From NCBI GenBank assembly GCA_963575745.1, contig CAUYUJ010000167.1:1-64000 (forward strand): DNA of 64,000 bases, given 5' to 3'. Each line of letters begins with the position of its first letter. Within the stretch, counting starts at the first letter, position 1. The DNA is from Prorocentrum cordatum. Its lineage: Eukaryota. Below the pieces are notes generated by a model. The model saw nothing but the letters and a program-made list of their open reading frames with translations, searched no databases and was not told the origin of the DNA. Both the position numbers and the translations under genes were made by a program. Of this stretch, positions 1-12,535 are shown one piece after another.

Positions 1-180
1 GTGGTGGTGGTGGTGGTAGTGGTGGTGGTGGTGGTGGTGGTGGTGGTGATGGTGGTGGTGTTGGTGCTGGTGGTGGTGGTGGTGGTGCTGGTGGTGGTGG
101 TGTTGGTACTGGTGCTGGTGCTGGTGGTGGTTGTGGTGGTGGTGGTGGTGGTGTGGTGGTGGTGGTGGTGGTGGTGGCGG
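1..180. repeat. (GTG)n microsatellite
   Basis: Near-pure GTG triplet run. Confidence 0.95.
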
Positions 181-309
181 TGCGGCGCGGTGGTGGCGGG
201 CGGATGGGCGCGCGAGAAAGAGGCCCGCGCTGGGGCGAGAACGCCATCCTGAACGACGGAGGCCAAACACCGATCCGAAAATGAGGCCCACGATGCAGCG
301 GGAGCACGA

Positions 310-685
310 TTCGGAACGATTCGGGAGCAGAAATGAGGCCGGCGCCTCAACGAGAGCAGCATTTTGGAAAAAAATGACGCCGGCGCCTCAGCGAGAGTCG
401 TTTCCCGGGATTTCCCGGGCATCCTGTGTAAAAAAACAGTGCGCGGAGGGTGCGCGGCCATCACCCGGACGCCATCAGGGGAAGGATTCGGGAGCAGAAA
501 TGAGGCCGGCGCCTCAACGAGAGCAGCATTTTGGGAAAAAATGACGCCGGCGCGAGAGCAGCATTTTGGGAAAAAATGACGCCGGCGCCTCAGCGAGAGT
601 CGTTTCCCAGGATTTCCCGGGCATCCTGTGTGTAAAAAAACAGTACGCGGAGGGTGCGCGGCCATCACCCGGACGCCATCAGGGG
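310..685. repeat. Tandem repeat, ~170-bp unit, about 2 copies
   Basis: GATTCGGGAGCAGAAATGAGGCCGGCGCCTCAACGAGAGCAGC and ...CATCACCCGGACGCCATCAGGGG each occur twice. Confidence 0.85.
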
Positions 686-1421
686 AAGAGGGAGAGTATA
701 TTCATATTGAGTAATTGTGGAGGAGGAGGAGGAGGAGGAGGAGGAGGAGGAGGAGGAGGAGGAGGAGGAGGAGGAGGGGGAGGGGGGGGGAGGGGGAGGG
801 GGAGGGGGAGGAGGAGGTGCTTGAGGCTTGGTCGACCAGAACAGCCAGGAGCGTTGCGAGTCACTCGCCCTCTGTCGTCGCAGGGAGTCCATCCCCTCCC
901 TCCAACCTGCGAACAACAACTACATGATCACAAACTTCCGCCGGCGGCGACATCCGACCCCTACCCTCGCCGGTCAACCATTCAGGCAACTCGATGGGCG
1001 GCGGGGGTAGGGTTCGGAATTTGTCGAACGCGTCGAGATCCGAACCCTACACCCGCCTCCCATCGATCAGGAGAGGACAAAACACACAGACACAATTAAT
1101 CCTCGATCCCCCAGAAAATATGGGAAACTATGGGAAGTGGGGGGGAAGACAAGAACCCAGAAAATATGGGAACATATGGGGAATCTTTTGATTTGTGTGT
1201 ATTTGTTCGTGTGTCCCAGTTCCCCTTCAGATGCAGGAGAGTCGATGGCTTTGGGGGGCAGGGTCCGAAGGTCCGCGGGGATTTCTTGGACCGGCGCGTG
1301 GGGGGCCCCTGACGGCGCTCCCGGCGTCGCCCCTGGCGCGCTCCGCACGGAGGCGAGGGGTGTCCAGCACCGATCCGAGGCATCCGCGCAGGCCTTCGAC
1401 AGCCTGTGCTTATGTTGCGGA

Positions 1422-1661
1422 AGTCGATGAATGGAGAAGAAGCATGCTGCCTAATGATTTTCAGATGTCTTCAACATGTTTCGATCATCTCTTTAATATG
1501 TAAAAACCTGTTTGAACCATTTTTAGAACACGTTTTACACAATGGGGATGTTGTGTAAGTCGATTAATGGAGAGGAAGCATGCTGCCTAATAATTTCCAG
1601 ATGTCTCTAACATGTTTCAATCATGTTTTAAATCTGTAAAAAACATGTTTGAAACATTTTT
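1422..1661. repeat. Degenerate AT-rich tandem duplication (~135-bp unit); the second unit resumes at ~2620 after an insertion
   Basis: GTCGAT.AATGGAGA.GAAGCATGCTGCCTAAT occurs at ~1422 and ~1558; the AGAACACGTTTT continuation is at 1525 and 2621. Confidence 0.75.
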
Positions 1662-1783
1662 CCCTACCTAGGCTCTGCCTAGAAGGGTTCTTACTCTCTT
1701 CGCTTAAAAGGGCCGGGCAGTGTAACCCGCCCCGGGCGGTTCCCCCAGTCCCCTGGGAGCGGTTCTCCCAGTCCCCTGGGAGC

Positions 1784-2553
1784 TTTAGCTTTAGCTTTAG
1801 CTTTAGCTTAGCTTTAGCTTAGCTTTAGCTAAGCTTTAGCTAGCTTTAGCTAGCTTTAGCTTAGCTTTAGCTTAGCTTTAGCTTAGCTTTAGCTTAGCTT
1901 TAGCTTAGCTTTAGCTTCGCTTCAGCCTAGCTTTAGCTTAGCTTTAGCTTTAGCTTTAGCTTTAGCTGAACCTTAGTTTTCGCTTTAGCTAAGCTTTAGC
2001 TTTCGCTTCAGCTTTCGCTTTAGCTAAGCTTTAGCTAAGCTTTAGCAAATCTTTAGCTTAGCTTTAGCTTAGCTTTAGCCTAGCTTTAGCTTATCTTTAG
2101 CTTAGCCTTTGCTTACATTTAGCATAGCTTTAGCTTAGCTTTAGCTTAGCTGTAGCTTATATTTAGCTAAGCATTAGCTAAGCTTTAGCTTAACTCTAGC
2201 TTAGCTTTAGCTTAGCTTTAGCTTAGCTTTAGCTTAGCTTTAGCTTCGCTTCAGCCTAGCTTTAGCTTAGCTTTAGCTTAGCTTAGCGTTAGCTTTGCTT
2301 TAACTTAGCTTCATCGTAGCTTTAGCTTAGCTTTAGCTTAGCTTTAGCTTAGCATCAGCTTAGCGTTCGCTTAGCTTTCGCTTAGCTTTAGCTTAGCTTT
2401 AACTTAGCTTCGGCTTAGCTTTAGCTTAGGTTTAGCTTAGCTTTAGCTTAGCTTTAGCTTAGCTTCAGCTTAGCTTTAGCTTAGCTTGAGCTTAGCTTTA
2501 GCTTAGCTTTAGCCTAGCTTCAGCTAAGCTTTAGCTTAGCTTTAGCTTAGCTT
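1784..2553. repeat. (TTAGC TTTAGC)n 11-bp satellite, telomere-like
   Basis: About 770 bp of alternating TTAGC and TTTAGC. Confidence 0.95.
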
Positions 2554-2749
2554 CACTGTTACTACTAATGCTGCTTTCCTAGGGGCTCCAACTCCTAGGT
2601 AGGACTGCACTGGGATAATTAGAACACGTTTTTACACATTTTAAACACATCTTCAATTCAATCATGGGGATGTTAGGGGGTTCACTGTCATGGCATCCAC
2701 AGTGCTTGTGCAGTCCTGTCTTCTTCTGGTGAGGAGGAGGAGGGGGACC

Positions 2750-3200
2750 AGGATGAGGAGGATGAGGAGGATGATGAGGATCATGAGGATGATGATGTTG
2801 ATTGTGAGGATGATGCTGATGGTGATGACGATGATGGCGATTCGGATGATGCTGATGGTGAGGACTACGCTGCTGATAATGATGAGGATCAGGATGGGGA
2901 TGGGGATGAGGATGTTGATGATGATGGTGGTGGTGATGATGCTGCTGATGATGATTACCATCATGATGACGCTGCTGCTGATGATGATGATGATGATGAT
3001 GACGTCGATGATGATGCTGCTGATGATGCTGATGATGATGCTAATTCGGATGATGACGCTGATGATGATGACGATGATGATGCTGATGATGCTGCTGATG
3101 ATGATGCTGATGACGATTATGATGCTGATAATGATGATGCTGATGATGATGCTGCTGATGTTGAAGATACGGATGATTATCATGGTGATGCTGGTGTTGC
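2750..3200. repeat. Degenerate (GAT)n microsatellite
   Basis: GAT/GCT triplet run; it produces the spurious poly-Met N-terminus of ORF 2690..4618. Confidence 0.9.
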
Positions 3201-4420
3201 TGGCGATGCAGGAGTTGTCGAAGAAAGCGCCCCCTCGACTGGAGAATGCGCCACCTCGACGGATCGAGCGGCAGGGAAAGGGGGACACCCTGGCGAGCTT
3301 CCGAGTCGTCGCGGCGTCCAACACCAAAGGGCTGCCCCAAGAGCTGGCGCAGTTCAAGATGCCGGTCGCCAAGGGCACGGTGGCGACCTCTGACGCCAAC
3401 CTCACGTCTACAGAGGTGTTCCGGGTCGCCTTCGTCAGACGGTACATGGCCCCGGAGGCGTGGAAGGCTAGCGCGGTCACCACACTTACCAGCTGCTGGA
3501 TCACGGAGCACCTGGTGAAGCACTACGGGTTCCAGGTCCTCACAGACGGTAAGGACGAGACGCTCCGCACCTGTTTCGTCACTGTGCGCAAGGATGGGGT
3601 CGCCGAGTGGTTGGCCCAATCAGGCAAAGCTGGCATCTTTACGGAGCAGTTGGTCAGCAAAGCCGGGCGCCCTCACGTTCGATGGTTGCTGTGGACTGAG
3701 GACGACTCCAACGAGCAGCAGTACCTCGCCCGAGTCCTCAGAGTGAAGCTGGGCACTCAAGGCCTGGCTTTTCGGAGAGGCGGCAAAGCTGAGCTGGGCT
3801 GGAGGGTCGCAGACGCACCCTCACCAGACCAGGACAAGGCAATGCCGTGCGAAGTGCGCGGAGCTCCGGACTGGTGGACCACCAGAGAGTTCACGAGGTT
3901 CCTCGAGGAAAACGACTACACCGAAGTGGCGCTGATCAAGCCACGCTTCGGGAAGCGGGGGGCCGTCTATCAGATCAAGCCGCCTGCGGCCGCCAAGGAG
4001 GTCAATGCCCTGGCCCTCTCCGCGGCCCAGGATGCCCCAGTCATTACGATAGTCAGGGATGTGAAGCGGCAGAGGAGCTTGCAGGGCAAGCCGATGCACG
4101 CCAAGCCTGGCTCTGTCAGCTCCTCCCTGACCAAAGCCATGGAGAGGGCGGCAGAGCGCGAGAAGGAAGTCCTCGGCTGGATGCAGGACTACACGGAGTC
4201 CCTCCCGGGGACTGAGGTAAATGAAGGCGCCGGGACGCCTGCAGGGGCCCCTCCCGCAGGAGGCCCGCCAGCGCAGGTGACCGGCGAGCCCCCACCCACG
4301 ATCGTCGACGAGTCGCAGGGCGGCACCGAGGCCCCTGCAGCTGCGGCCAGGCGCCGTCGCAGGCAAGAGGCGCCGCAGGGGAGAGCCGGGAAGCCACGCC
4401 TGACGCATGTCTTCGGCCAC

Positions 4421-4900
4421 GAGCACCTCGACTACGGAGGCCGCGGGGGCTGCATGTGGCTGGCCGGGGGCGCTTGCGCTGCCATCGTCGATGACCACAA
4501 ATCCAAGGACGACGTCGCGAAGCTCATGAAGGCGCTGGGCAACCGGCTCTGGAGCGAGACCGTGGCGCTGATCCGCAGGCGCAACCTGTTCAAGGCCGAT
4601 GTGTACGAGACCCTATGACGAGCTCCGCCTTGGAGGGCGGCCCGCCAGGGGAGAATTGGGAAGAGTGGGTCGAATCCTGCTTGCGAGTTGGGCGCTACGC
4701 ATGCGAGCACGTGCTGGCTGCCTTCAGCGTCCGCTTCCAGCGGCGTTTCGCCGTCTTCGTTTGGGACCCCACGACAGGCAAGTGGGTCAGGGGCTGGGTG
4801 ATCATGCCGCCCGAATGCCTCAAATCCTGGCGCGCCAACGCCATGCGCAGGACCCCGCTGCCACTGCTGGTCGAAGACCGCCACTACACGACGCTGCTTC
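4421..4900 (+). pseudogene. OTU-like cysteine protease domain (frameshifted) within the LINE polyprotein
   Basis: Cys box DYGGRGGCMWLA (cf. DGNCLFRA), middle motif GRYACEHVLAAFSVRFQRRFAVF, His box PLLVEDRHYTTL. Confidence 0.7.
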
Positions 4901-5179
4901 CCAAGGATGGCGAGGCAGATTTCCCCATGGAGTGGGGGGGGCTCATTCCGGACCAGCGTCCCCCCCTCAGCCAGCTGCATGCTGGCGCGGCCGACAGCCC
5001 CAGCGCGGCCGACAGCCACGGCGAGGCCGACAGCCACGGACGCGGCAGCTGACGCCGAGGTCGCAGGCTGGCTGGAAGACCAGGCAACCGACATGGATGC
5101 TACCAGCAGCCTCCGCGCGGAAGAGGTACACCCGCCTCCGGCCGCGCCCTCGCGAGTGCTCTCTGGGGGACGTGGCCGC

Positions 5180-5600
5180 AGCAGAGGAGGACGAGGAGGA
5201 GATAGAGGAGGAAGAGGTCGAGGAGGAGGAGTCGCGCCGAACAGCTCGGCGCCCGCACCGCCGGCCAGCAGCAGCCTTCAGCCCGCAGAGGGGCCAGGAG
5301 CCCAGGCAGGAGGAGGAGGAAGAGGTCGAGGAGGAGGAGGAGGCGCGCAGGACAGCTTCATCGCGTGCGCCTCGGGCATTTCAGTCTCGGACAGCTCGGC
5401 GCCCGCTCCGCCGGCCAGCATCAGCTCTCAGCCCGCAGCGGGGCCAGGAGCCCAGGCAGGAGGACGAGGAGATAGAGGAGGAAGAGGTCGAGGCAGAGGA
5501 GGGGCGCCGGACAGCTCGGCGCCTGCCCACCCGACCAGCAGTAGCTCACAGCCCGCTGCGGGGCCAGGAGCCCAGGCAGCCTCCGCGGCCAGCAGCGCCT
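5180..5600 (+). repeat. Coding tandem repeat (~120-150-bp unit, about 3 copies) inside the LINE
   Basis: GAGGAGGAAGAGGTCGAGG...ACAGCTCGGCGCC...GGGGCCAGGAGCCCAGGCAG repeated. Confidence 0.8.
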
Positions 5601-6292
5601 GCCCGAGCGACACGGGGTACACTCTTCGGTACGACCCCGCCTCGGGCTGGCACCGGCCACATTGGAAACAGCATATGGAACGTGGAGTGGGCGTGCGCGG
5701 CAAGCGGCAGGCGCGCCTGAACACATTTTTCGCCATCGTCGAGGCGGAGTCTTGGCGAGAGGCGGCGGCCCACCCGCAAAGGCAGAGCGCGCCCTCGAGC
5801 GCGGCAGCTACGACGGCCCCTGCGGACCGGCTGGCGCAGAGCGACGGGGGCCTGGACCCTGCAGACGGCCTGGCTGCAGCGGAGGTCGCCGGCTGGTTCC
5901 TCGACGAGGGCGCCTCCGTGGCGCCCTCGAGCAAACGCACGCGGCTGACGGGCAAGACGACCCCTCGCAGTAGTCGTGTTTCGCCACCCCGCACAGAGCG
6001 GAACTTGGACGACATGATCATGTCCCCTCCACAGCCGGTTTCAACACACCCGGCAGTGGCGCAGCCCGAGCCTGGACCTTCCGCTCGGCGACGCCACACC
6101 AGGAATAGGCCCGCTGCCGCTGCTGATGAGGCCCCCTCGCCGCGCAGCCAGAAGCTCGCTGCTAAGAGGCAGAAGCAGCAGGAGTGGAACCAAGAGGTCT
6201 TGAGGAACGGCCGCACGCCCAGCGGGCGCATCGCCCCGTACCTGGAGCAGGTGATCCTCACGGAATACAGGAACCGGCAGCGGGCAACGGAG

Positions 6293-6397
6293 TGGAAGTG
6301 CCCATTCCCCGGCTGCCCTTTCAAAACCACGAAGGAGGCGAACTCTGACCCTGGTCAAGTCTATCGGCACAAGAGAGTCCACCTCCGACGGGCTCAC
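6293..6397 (+). other. C2H2-type zinc finger in the LINE polyprotein
   Basis: WKCPFPGCPF...HKRVHLRRAH. Confidence 0.7.
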
Positions 6398-6829
6398 CCC
6401 GGGGCGAACCCCTCGCTCTTCTGCCTGCGGCGGCCAGGCCCGACCATCGTGAAGCCGAGGACGGAGGAGGAGTGGAGAGCGGAGTTCGGCATCGAGAGCG
6501 GACCCCTCCCAGAGACATGCTTTGCCACCGTCTGCTGGCACTGCAACAAGTCCTGGGGCGTTTTCCCCGACCGCGCCAGCTGGCAAGCGTCCAGGACGAG
6601 GCGCAATATCGACGAGCACAACTTCGCCGGCCCCTCCCGGGACACGCCCGCGGCCCAGAGGGGCAAGAGACAAATGTCAGAATGGTACCGGGCGGAGGCC
6701 GCGGCGCGCCAAGCGCCCCCCCCGCTGGCCCACTGACTAGCCAACCTCCCCCCGACCAGGGGGCCCCGGGAGCCTGCAGAGCTCCGGGGAGGAAGCGCCC
6801 CCAAGCGGGCAACGCCCACCACGGAGGGC

Positions 6830-7460
6830 GAGGTATGGTCTTGCAATGTGGATGGCAACGCCGGCCTGCGGATGCTTGGCAACACCGCCTCGGCCTCCTC
6901 AGCACGTATCGCTTGCATCCAAAAGCCAAACATCTCTTCTACAGAATGGAACAGCTTCCGGCAGTGCATGTGGAAGCATGGTTTTCGCTGCTACTTCGCA
7001 CCAGGCTGGCAGCAAACCAATGGGGCTCATCGTGGGGACTTGATCACCATGGTTGACAGGCTGCTTCCTCAACGCTATGGCTGGTCGTGGAGCGAGCCGG
7101 CATGGCAAACGCTTGCTGTTCACGTCGCCGGCACCACGGTGTTCAACGTCTACATCCAGCCGAAGACGGACAACAGCAGGCAGCTGCAGGAGCTGAGTGG
7201 TGCCATCAACTTTGACAACTTACTCAGCTACCTTGTGGTGGGTGATTGGAACGCGTGCCCGGGAGACATCCCGCCCTTCGACGGCACGAACATAATCGAG
7301 GCGGTCACCAAACTGGATGGCTCCTTTGTGCCGTCCCGCTGGAATGGGACCCGCTGTATCGATTGGGGCATCTCGCGGGCGCTTCGTGTGACCAAGCACG
7401 GATGCCACGAGCTGGTCGTCAAAGACCACAAGCTGCTGCATTTCGAGGTGCACTTCCCTT
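6830..7460 (+). pseudogene. APE/EEP endonuclease domain
   Basis: VWSCNVDG, ACIQK, VFNVY, LVVGDWN, TRCIDW and KDH match the EEP motif order. Confidence 0.9.
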
Positions 7461-8329
7461 CGCGTTGCGGCGAGGTCAGGGAGACCAGGTTGGCCAGGCA
7501 CGCCCGGTTCGGCAAACCGCCGGGCGTCCCGGCCGAGCAGTGGATGGACGTTTGTCAACAGCATTGGCACAGGTACGGCACCGCCCAATTTGTTCGTGGC
7601 ACGATCACTTCGTGACCCTCCCGGCGGAGGCGGAGCCGGGCACAAAGGAGGCCCAACACTGGGTCGACCGTGCGTGGGCTGCTTTCGAAGGCGCCTTGTC
7701 TACGTTGATGAGGGAGGCCGGCGAAGCTCTGGCAGAGGAGTGGCGCCCGCCCCAGGAGCCCTCCGAGACCACGGAAAACCCCGAACCGCCTACCGACGGG
7801 CTATGGGCAAGCTACCAGAGGGAGCGCCGGCAACACCGCGCCCCCAAAGGCACAGTCCGGCTCCGGCACACCACACGGAGGGCATGCTCCCAACACCACG
7901 CGGAGCTTACCTTCAAGGAGCGCCGGCTGGCGAACACCTTGGCGCGCGTGCGCCGGCTCCTCTGGCCGGAGGAGAGAGGCAGAGGGGCGCAGTCTGAGGC
8001 CGACTAACTGCGCGCCAGGCTGGCCGCCGCGGCCCGCCGCGAGGGCTTCGCCCCTCCTGGGCGCGAGCCGCCGCTGCCCAGCCGCTTGGCCCATCTGCGC
8101 CGGTTGGCCGGGCAACTGGAGGGCTCCCTCCAGGGTGCCAGAGACGATGCCAAGGCCGAGCGCCTGGCAGCATGGGAGAAGCAGATGCAGGGCCTCGGAG
8201 CAGCCAACACTTGGCTCAAGGGCACCGTGCCGGCGAACGTCGTCATCGCCACAGGCGGCGCGGCTGCGCAGACCAGCGGGCAGTGCCTTGACCTCCTCAA
8301 GAGCCGGTGGCGTGCAATTTGGGATCGGC

Positions 8330-8941
8330 GGGGCCTTGCCGGGCGAGGCCGACTGGAAGGCAAAGCTGGGCGAGTGGCTCCCGGACCTGCCTGAGCAGAC
8401 GTGGAGCCCTTTGGACCAGTTCGAGGTCGTCGAGGCCACGGGCCGGCTCACAGGAAACTCGGCTGGGCCTGACGGATGGACCGGCGTAGAGGTGCATGAG
8501 GCCCGCTTCGCTGCAGAAGCGGTCGCCCACTTGCTGAACACCTTCGAGAGCCTCGCTGCCTTCCCGGCCGCCTGGACAGAGGCGCGGCAGGTGCACGTCC
8601 CCAAGAAGGCTCCGACCGGGGAGCACCTGCAGCTCCCTGCAGACAGCTTCCGGCCCATTTCGGCATTCAGCGCGTGGTATCGCACGTGGCCGGTGGCTCG
8701 AGTCAGAGGCAGGGACTGCCAGCGCTGGCAGCAGGCATGGCGGCACACCCGGGCTTTCGGCGCCAAGAAAGGCGGCTGCGCATGGCAGGCGGCCGATGGC
8801 ATTGGCATGGACTTGGAACATAATCACTTTGTTACATCTTGGGATTACTCTCTCGCATTTGACCGGGTCCTCCCTGGTCAGGTGGCGCGCGCGCTCCGGC
8901 GGCTGGGCATGCCGTCTGGCCTCGTCCACATCCTGGAGCAC
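8330..8941 (+). pseudogene. Non-LTR reverse transcriptase, N-terminal half only
   Basis: SAGPDGW, VHVPK...SFRPIS and WDYSLAFDRV present; PQG and YxDD motifs absent. Confidence 0.9.
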
Positions 8942-9399
8942 CACTGTGGTGAACTTGGGTGGTTATAAGATTGAGCAGATTTAGCAAGTTGGTTTCGGAA
9001 CTTACAAGTTGCGCTAACTGAACGCAAGTAGTTGCAAGTACTTGCATGTTGACGTGCAGCCACTGCATTTCTAGCTCCCGTTTTTTCTCCATGCGCGATG
9101 CGCAAGGCGAGCGACGCCTGCATTGGAAAGCTTTTTCTTTTTTTTCCCCCCCCTCCCCCCCCATTTTTTTTTCTTTTCTTTTATTTCCTCCTGCGCTGCT
9201 GCGCATAAGAAAGCAGGTGGCAGCTCGCGCGATGTCTCACCACTTGAACATGGGAGGCACTATCGCGATTGATCCGCCTCCATGGCGCCTGCATGCCTTG
9301 CAAGTCTTCGAACCTTTCCAACCACAACGGACGTCTCACATCGCAGATGTCCACCATGCATTTTTCACAATTGCACGTGTGCAAAGCGGACAGTTGCTT

Positions 9400-11578
9400 G
9401 CAGACGGCACGCCCGTATAGTGGTGGTGATGGTTCGGAAACTTGGCAAACGCCCCGTCATGGCAGTGCTGATGTCGGTCGTGTGCACCAGCTGCAAGTCG
9501 TCGTCGGTTGGGTGCACGGTCAGCGCGCCGAGCCGATCATCGTAGCGAGGGGTGTCCCAGATTGAAACCAGCGATGCCATCGTTCCGTTTACAGCAGCGT
9601 GAAACCAAACCTTCCCACACGCCTTGCCCCCGTTGGCAACGGAGAGCAGCGCGATGTCGTGGGATTGGCATGTCGACAACGTCGACACCCGAGCCGAAAA
9701 AGGCCGTGGTCGTGCTGTCCCTGGGGAGGCGCTGGCCGAGCTTCTCCTCAGGGAAGGCGTGCATCTTCTTAGGTGCCGCCCTGGGGCGCACCAAGTGCGG
9801 CGAGAAGTCGAACACGTTGGTGCTGCGCAAATTTTCCAAATGCAGGCGTGTGACCTCGGACAGCACGCTCCTCTCAGAAGCTGCCAGCTGGCGCATATCA
9901 TTGCAGAACCGCTTGGGCACTCTGTGCTTTTTCTCGTGCACAAACCACGACAGGAGGCATCCGAACTTGATCGGGTGCCTTGGGAAATGGGCCAGCCAGT
10001 GAAACTTCGGCGTCATGTGTTCCTGCCACCCTGCTGCTTCACAAGCATCCAGAAACGCGTTCGTCCTGTTCCTGAGAGCGTCAGCAAACGCACGGGATGA
10101 TGCTGCAGCTTCGATGCGCCACACCAACTCACACAACCGAACAAAAGCGGCGCACTCCGCGCGTGCTACCCCTGCAGGCAATATAACCGTCATCACATAC
10201 GTATACATTATTGGCAGCAAAGTCAATGCCTCAATCGCGTGGCACTTAAACGCTTTCGCCTTGCCGTTGGAAGTATCGCGGCCCTTCTGAAAAAGCTTAG
10301 CCAAGTTATCAGCGCTGCCGTGCGCGATGGGCAGTGACCACATCTTGATGTATTCCTCGAAACATGAGTATACGTTGGACAGCCCATTACTCTTGCACTT
10401 GCAAGAAAGAGATGCGTCGACATGTTATAAACACACAGAATAAATAATGCGTGCGTCCAGTCGTGGCAATACTGGTCAACAGGTAAGATAATGCGATCCA
10501 GCTGTGGATCGAGCAGCATGTTCTGCTCATTATGGTTGAAACCGAACGCTTGCTCGCGGATCCTGGGGCCACACTCGTCATCCTCGCCTTCCCCTTCCAA
10601 TCCCCCTCCCCTTCATCATCTTCCCACCCTTCATCGCCCTATAGGTCATACTCCCTCCTTTGAGTTTGCAGGCCCCCCGCAGGTCTTGAAATTGGCGTTG
10701 GTGTCCGTCGCGTGGAATGCAGCCAGCCGCCGCGCGCTCCCCCTGATGTCATCATTCGTCGCAAAATCGATGTCACCCTCACGCATGACGTCTGCTCTCA
10801 GCAGGGTCACCCCATCTTCGTCGGCCAGAGAGCTGTCCATCGCAATTACATTGCGGCAAAGCATGCAGCATTTTGTACCTGCACCTCCTTTAACCAGCCA
10901 AACCAACTTCTGGGCGCCGCCGTCCTGGAGAACCATCCCAGGTTTGCAATGTAACCTGGCTCCAGGCTCCAATGAAACGCCCGCTGTGTGCAGCGAGCAA
11001 CCCGACCTGCAACGCATGTCTTTTATACGCATTTTGAACGCCTGTGCGACGCTTGCATCTATATCGGATACACGTTTTGACCTCAGGGCGCCTACGCAGA
11101 ACCACGCATCCTCTTGCGACAACACTTCTGGCCCCAGTTCTAGAAACGATACGTAGAACATCCACATCTTCCTTGAATTCTCTGGGGGTAATTGGTTGCC
11201 TGGTGTTGCCTCACCAGAATAAAATATCAGCGACCACGGTCGCTCGAAAGAGCACGGCCTCGCCGCCAAAGTCTTCTGAATGAGGGCCCGCCAGTTGCTG
11301 CATTGGTTGTGCGCCACGTACAATATTGCAGGGAGATTGGCAACAGGAAACTCAATCTCGGAATCCTCGGCAGAGCAAGTGGTCTCGCGGAACAGGGTAC
11401 CATAAGGAGTCGATTGGTTTATGACCGAATCTCCAGCATCACGGGTATCCTTCCGTGATGCTGAGAAGGGTTTCCACGTGACCTCGTCCAAGATTGCAGC
11501 CAGTGCTGCGGCAGATGCATGCGGACATTTCCTCCTCAATGATTCTATCTTCTGGTGCTTGTCAGGTTTGGGCACCAT
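9400..11578 (-). pseudogene. CACTA/EnSpm (Mirage/Plavaka-like) transposase, frameshifted, with a probable short intron at ~10580-10680
   Basis: YSGEATPGNQL...KMWMFYVSF (first catalytic Asp apparently lost), QDG...KGGAGTKCCMLC, HDWTH, PKFHWLAH and SWFVHEKKH occur in the CMC motif order. Confidence 0.75.
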
Positions 11579-12535
11579 GAGCAGCGCGACCGCGAGCCCG
11601 CCCTCGAGCCATATACGGCAACTGCGCGCATGGGTGTTGGCGCGACAATGGCGCATAGAAGCGCATGCGTTTGCGTAGGAAATATGGGGGACCCGACACA
11701 CATGCGACCCATCATTTGAAAAAGGGTGCTTGCACCGCGGGCGCAGTCACCGTTGCAGTCACCTGCGCGCAGCACTTCATCGATCACACCAAGGATTGCA
11801 TGGCAACAGCGTGCGCATGGCATGCGCAATCACCTGCACCTCTGAACGCATGTCATGCAATCGGGCGCGCGTGCTTGAACGCATCTGTGAATGCAGAGAT
11901 CCTGCAGTTGCAACTGAGTGCGCTCATGCAATCAAAACTGCAATCAGTATTGCAGAGTGCACATGCGTGCTGCCTGAATTGCACATGCAGTCATAACTGC
12001 ATCGGCTGTTCATGCGCCCGCCCCCCCCCCCGAACTCACCTCGCCCATGCTTCCCCGCATGTGCCCCGCTGCCCCATGCACCCCCCCCCCTTCCCCCTTT
12101 CCCTCCACCGCCCCCATGCGTCCCCCGTCTGAGAACGGACCCCTCCGCCGATCACATCCCCTGAGAGCGTGGCCATGGAATGCCGCGATGTGCAACCACA
12201 CAAACAACATTGCAGCCGCAGCTGCAAGCCCGAAGGCCGCGCCACGGGCGCGATTGCAGGGGGTGCTGCAGCGATGGGCGGAACGCGCGCTGCACGCGCA
12301 AATGCCGACGCGTAAGCACGCGGAGAGACGCGCCCAATTGCGCAGGCAAGGCACATGGCATGCGATACATTGTGTTCTCATATGTACGCTAGCGGTGATC
12401 GGTTCGCAAAGCTCCGAAGGAACAAGATGCGAGCAATGACGCACAACCCATACTCTATACTCATATAGTGCATTTATAGAGACCCGTCAGCTCACGCATC
12501 CAATCAGTGCTGATGCTCGACATATCTGACATATA

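Larger units (their letters stand above)
3207..8941 (+). mobile_element. Decayed non-LTR (LINE-like) retrotransposon, 3'-truncated
   Basis: Consecutive + strand frames encode an ORF1-like region, OTU-like motifs, a C2H2 finger, an APE endonuclease and the N-terminal RT motifs. Frameshifts or stops at ~4615, ~5050, 6736, ~7610, 8007 and ~8330. Confidence 0.9.

Noticed and set aside
1784..2553. True telomere
   Set aside because: The array is internal and its unit lacks the G-run of the TTTAGGG dinoflagellate telomere.
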